Shown one piece after another: positions 62,441 to 64,000 of a stretch of 64,000 bases of DNA. The notes under the pieces are model-generated. The model was not told the origin of the DNA and did not search any database. It saw only the letters and a list, made by a program, of their open reading frames with translations. Source of the DNA: Gracilinanus agilis (Eukaryota); NCBI RefSeq assembly GCF_016433145.1, contig NC_058131.1, forward strand, positions 91,791,843 through 91,855,842, written 5' to 3'. Position 1 is the first letter of the stretch. Each line of letters starts with the position of its first letter. The translations under genes and the position numbers were made by a program.

Positions 62441-63204
62441 GTAAGCACCTAGGTCCCCTTACCCCGCGACCCAGGCTCGTCCTCTTCCTTCTTTTCTGCG
62501 AAGTGCCCGCCTTGGCCGGTCACTTCTGTGAGTCCCCCCCGGAAACACACTACGATGAAAAGGGATTCCGGAGAGCAGTCGGCCCCTCCTTCTCTATCCT
62601 GGAAGCTGGACCTCTTTCTAACATCTGGTTGACTTTGGCACTCTCCTGCACCTTTCTGTGGCTTGGGGTCTCTCTTGACTCCCGGCTCCTCTTCTCCTGT
62701 AGTCTTCTCTCTGTCTCCCCCAGTCTCTCCACTCTCCGTCTCTTCTCGTAACTTTTATCCCTCTTAATGACCTCATCATGAGTAACTTTCCCCGTTAATA
62801 ATGCTCCCAAAGTATTATTAATGATACAGGCTACGAGGAAATTAGAATGGTGCAGTTGAATCCTGCCCCAGACACTTCTCAGCTGCTCTTGATCCTGGGT
62901 GAATGACAACCTCTGCAACCTCAGTATCTCTTTTGTAAAATGGGTATAGTAAAACCACCTACCTTCCAGGATTGTGATGGGGGCCAAACCTTTTCCCCGT
63001 AGTCTTTCTTCTGAAATTACCTCGAATTTACCTGTGCATATTATTGGTTAATTATTTACTATTGATCCATCCCATTTTAGCTTGTTTGTATATAGGTGTT
63101 TGATTCCTCTTTTTGAGAGCAAGGACCGTCTTTTGCCTTTTTTTTTTTCCTATTCTCCAGCATTTGGTTGGGATAGATTGATTGGGGGAAGTGAATAAAG
63201 AGGG

Positions 63205-63400
63205 AAGGATGTTGACTTAGTGGATAGAGAGCTAGACCTGGAGACTGGACAGCTCTGAGTTAAAATCTGGCTTCAGACATTTCCTAGCTGTGTGACCCAG
63301 GAAATGTCACTTCACCCCAATTGCCCAGCCATTAGAGTTCTTTTGCCATGGAACCCTAAATGGCATTATTGATTTTGAGACCAAAGGTAAGGGTTTAAAA
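63205..63400 (+). mobile_element. SINE1_Mdo-like SINE (diverged)
   Basis: AGTGGATAGAGAG...GGCTTCAGACA.TTCCTAGCTGTGTGACC...AAAGGTAAGGGTTTAAAA. Confidence 0.8.
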
Positions 63401-64000
63401 ACAAACAAACAAAAGCAGAGTGATGAATGACAGCTGGATTTCCCACCTGGGTGATTAAAAGAATAGTGAAGTCCCTAGAAGGAGACAGAGAAGTTAAAAG
63501 GAGGAGTGAGTACTGAGTAATGATAATGAGTTTTATAATTGTGGGATGCCTATAGGATATCCAGGTAGAGATGTCTAACAGACAGTTGGAGATAATGGAG
63601 TTGAATTTTAGAGACATAAGGGCCAAAGTATGATATTTTTGGAGTCATCTATGTAATTTAATCGTTGGGAGTTGCTGAGGTTTCTTTATGGTCAAGATGC
63701 TTTTGTTGATTGACAGTAAGTTATGTATGCAAATATAGTTGAAGAGTTGATAGTTGGCCACTAGCAGTATTTTTGGGTTGTGTAAATGAGATTATTAATG
63801 ATAAAGCATGCTTCAGGTTTTACAACTTGGTCTTATGGCTATGCTTGTCTGCTCCTCTAGTTATTCCCAAACTTTGTTCAAGAGCTACCTATAATTCAAT
63901 TTATTTAGTGCCTCTAGGTTAATCTCTAAGACTTCAGAGAGGATGCTAACCAGCAGTGGTTATTCCTCACCCAGGAATTCCCTATTCAGTGATGGGCAAA

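Larger units (their letters stand above)
61780..62600. promoter_or_regulatory. CpG island; bidirectional PREPL/CAMKMT promoter
   Basis: Only strongly CpG-rich stretch in the window; lies between head-to-head genes, as in human. Confidence 0.9.

Noticed and set aside
270-63400. tRNA-like A/B-box heads (GGTGGCTCAGTGG...GGTTCAAATC) as tRNA genes; repeated SINEs as a CRISPR-like array
   Set aside because: They are heads of dispersed tRNA-derived SINEs with tails and TSDs; no cloverleaf and no regular repeat-spacer periodicity.
1-64000. Most 60-150 aa ORFs in the supplied track
   Set aside because: They lie in introns, repeats or antisense to real exons, often start at TTG/GTG, and resemble no protein family I recognise.

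Overview
Eukaryotic genomic DNA, very probably from a didelphid marsupial (Monodelphis-type SINE1/MAR1/RTE repeats, strong CpG depletion). It covers the conserved SLC3A1-PREPL-CAMKMT cluster, orthologous to the human 2p21 hypotonia-cystinuria region. The last five coding exons of SLC3A1 lie on + (986-10044). PREPL is complete on - as 14 coding exons (59233 to 11295, 2166 nt, 721 aa + stop), with its Ser/Asp/His triad intact. CAMKMT coding exon 1 is on + (62330-62440), sharing a CpG-island bidirectional promoter with PREPL. The introns carry a decayed 5.6-kb class I-like ERV (pro-pol, no gag, no env, one LTR) nested in a SINE, a solo LTR nested in another SINE, a young hAT MITE with a perfect 8-bp TSD, and many SINE/MIR/L1/L2 fragments. 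I found no clearly new multi-gene system. The best leads are the ERV architecture, a 156-codon in-frame open stretch after the PREPL stop, the shifted short-isoform start codon of PREPL, uORFs in the PREPL leader, and the MITE. Human protein comparisons and repeat-family names are from memory, not from a database search. Coordinates were counted by hand; repeat boundaries are approximate.
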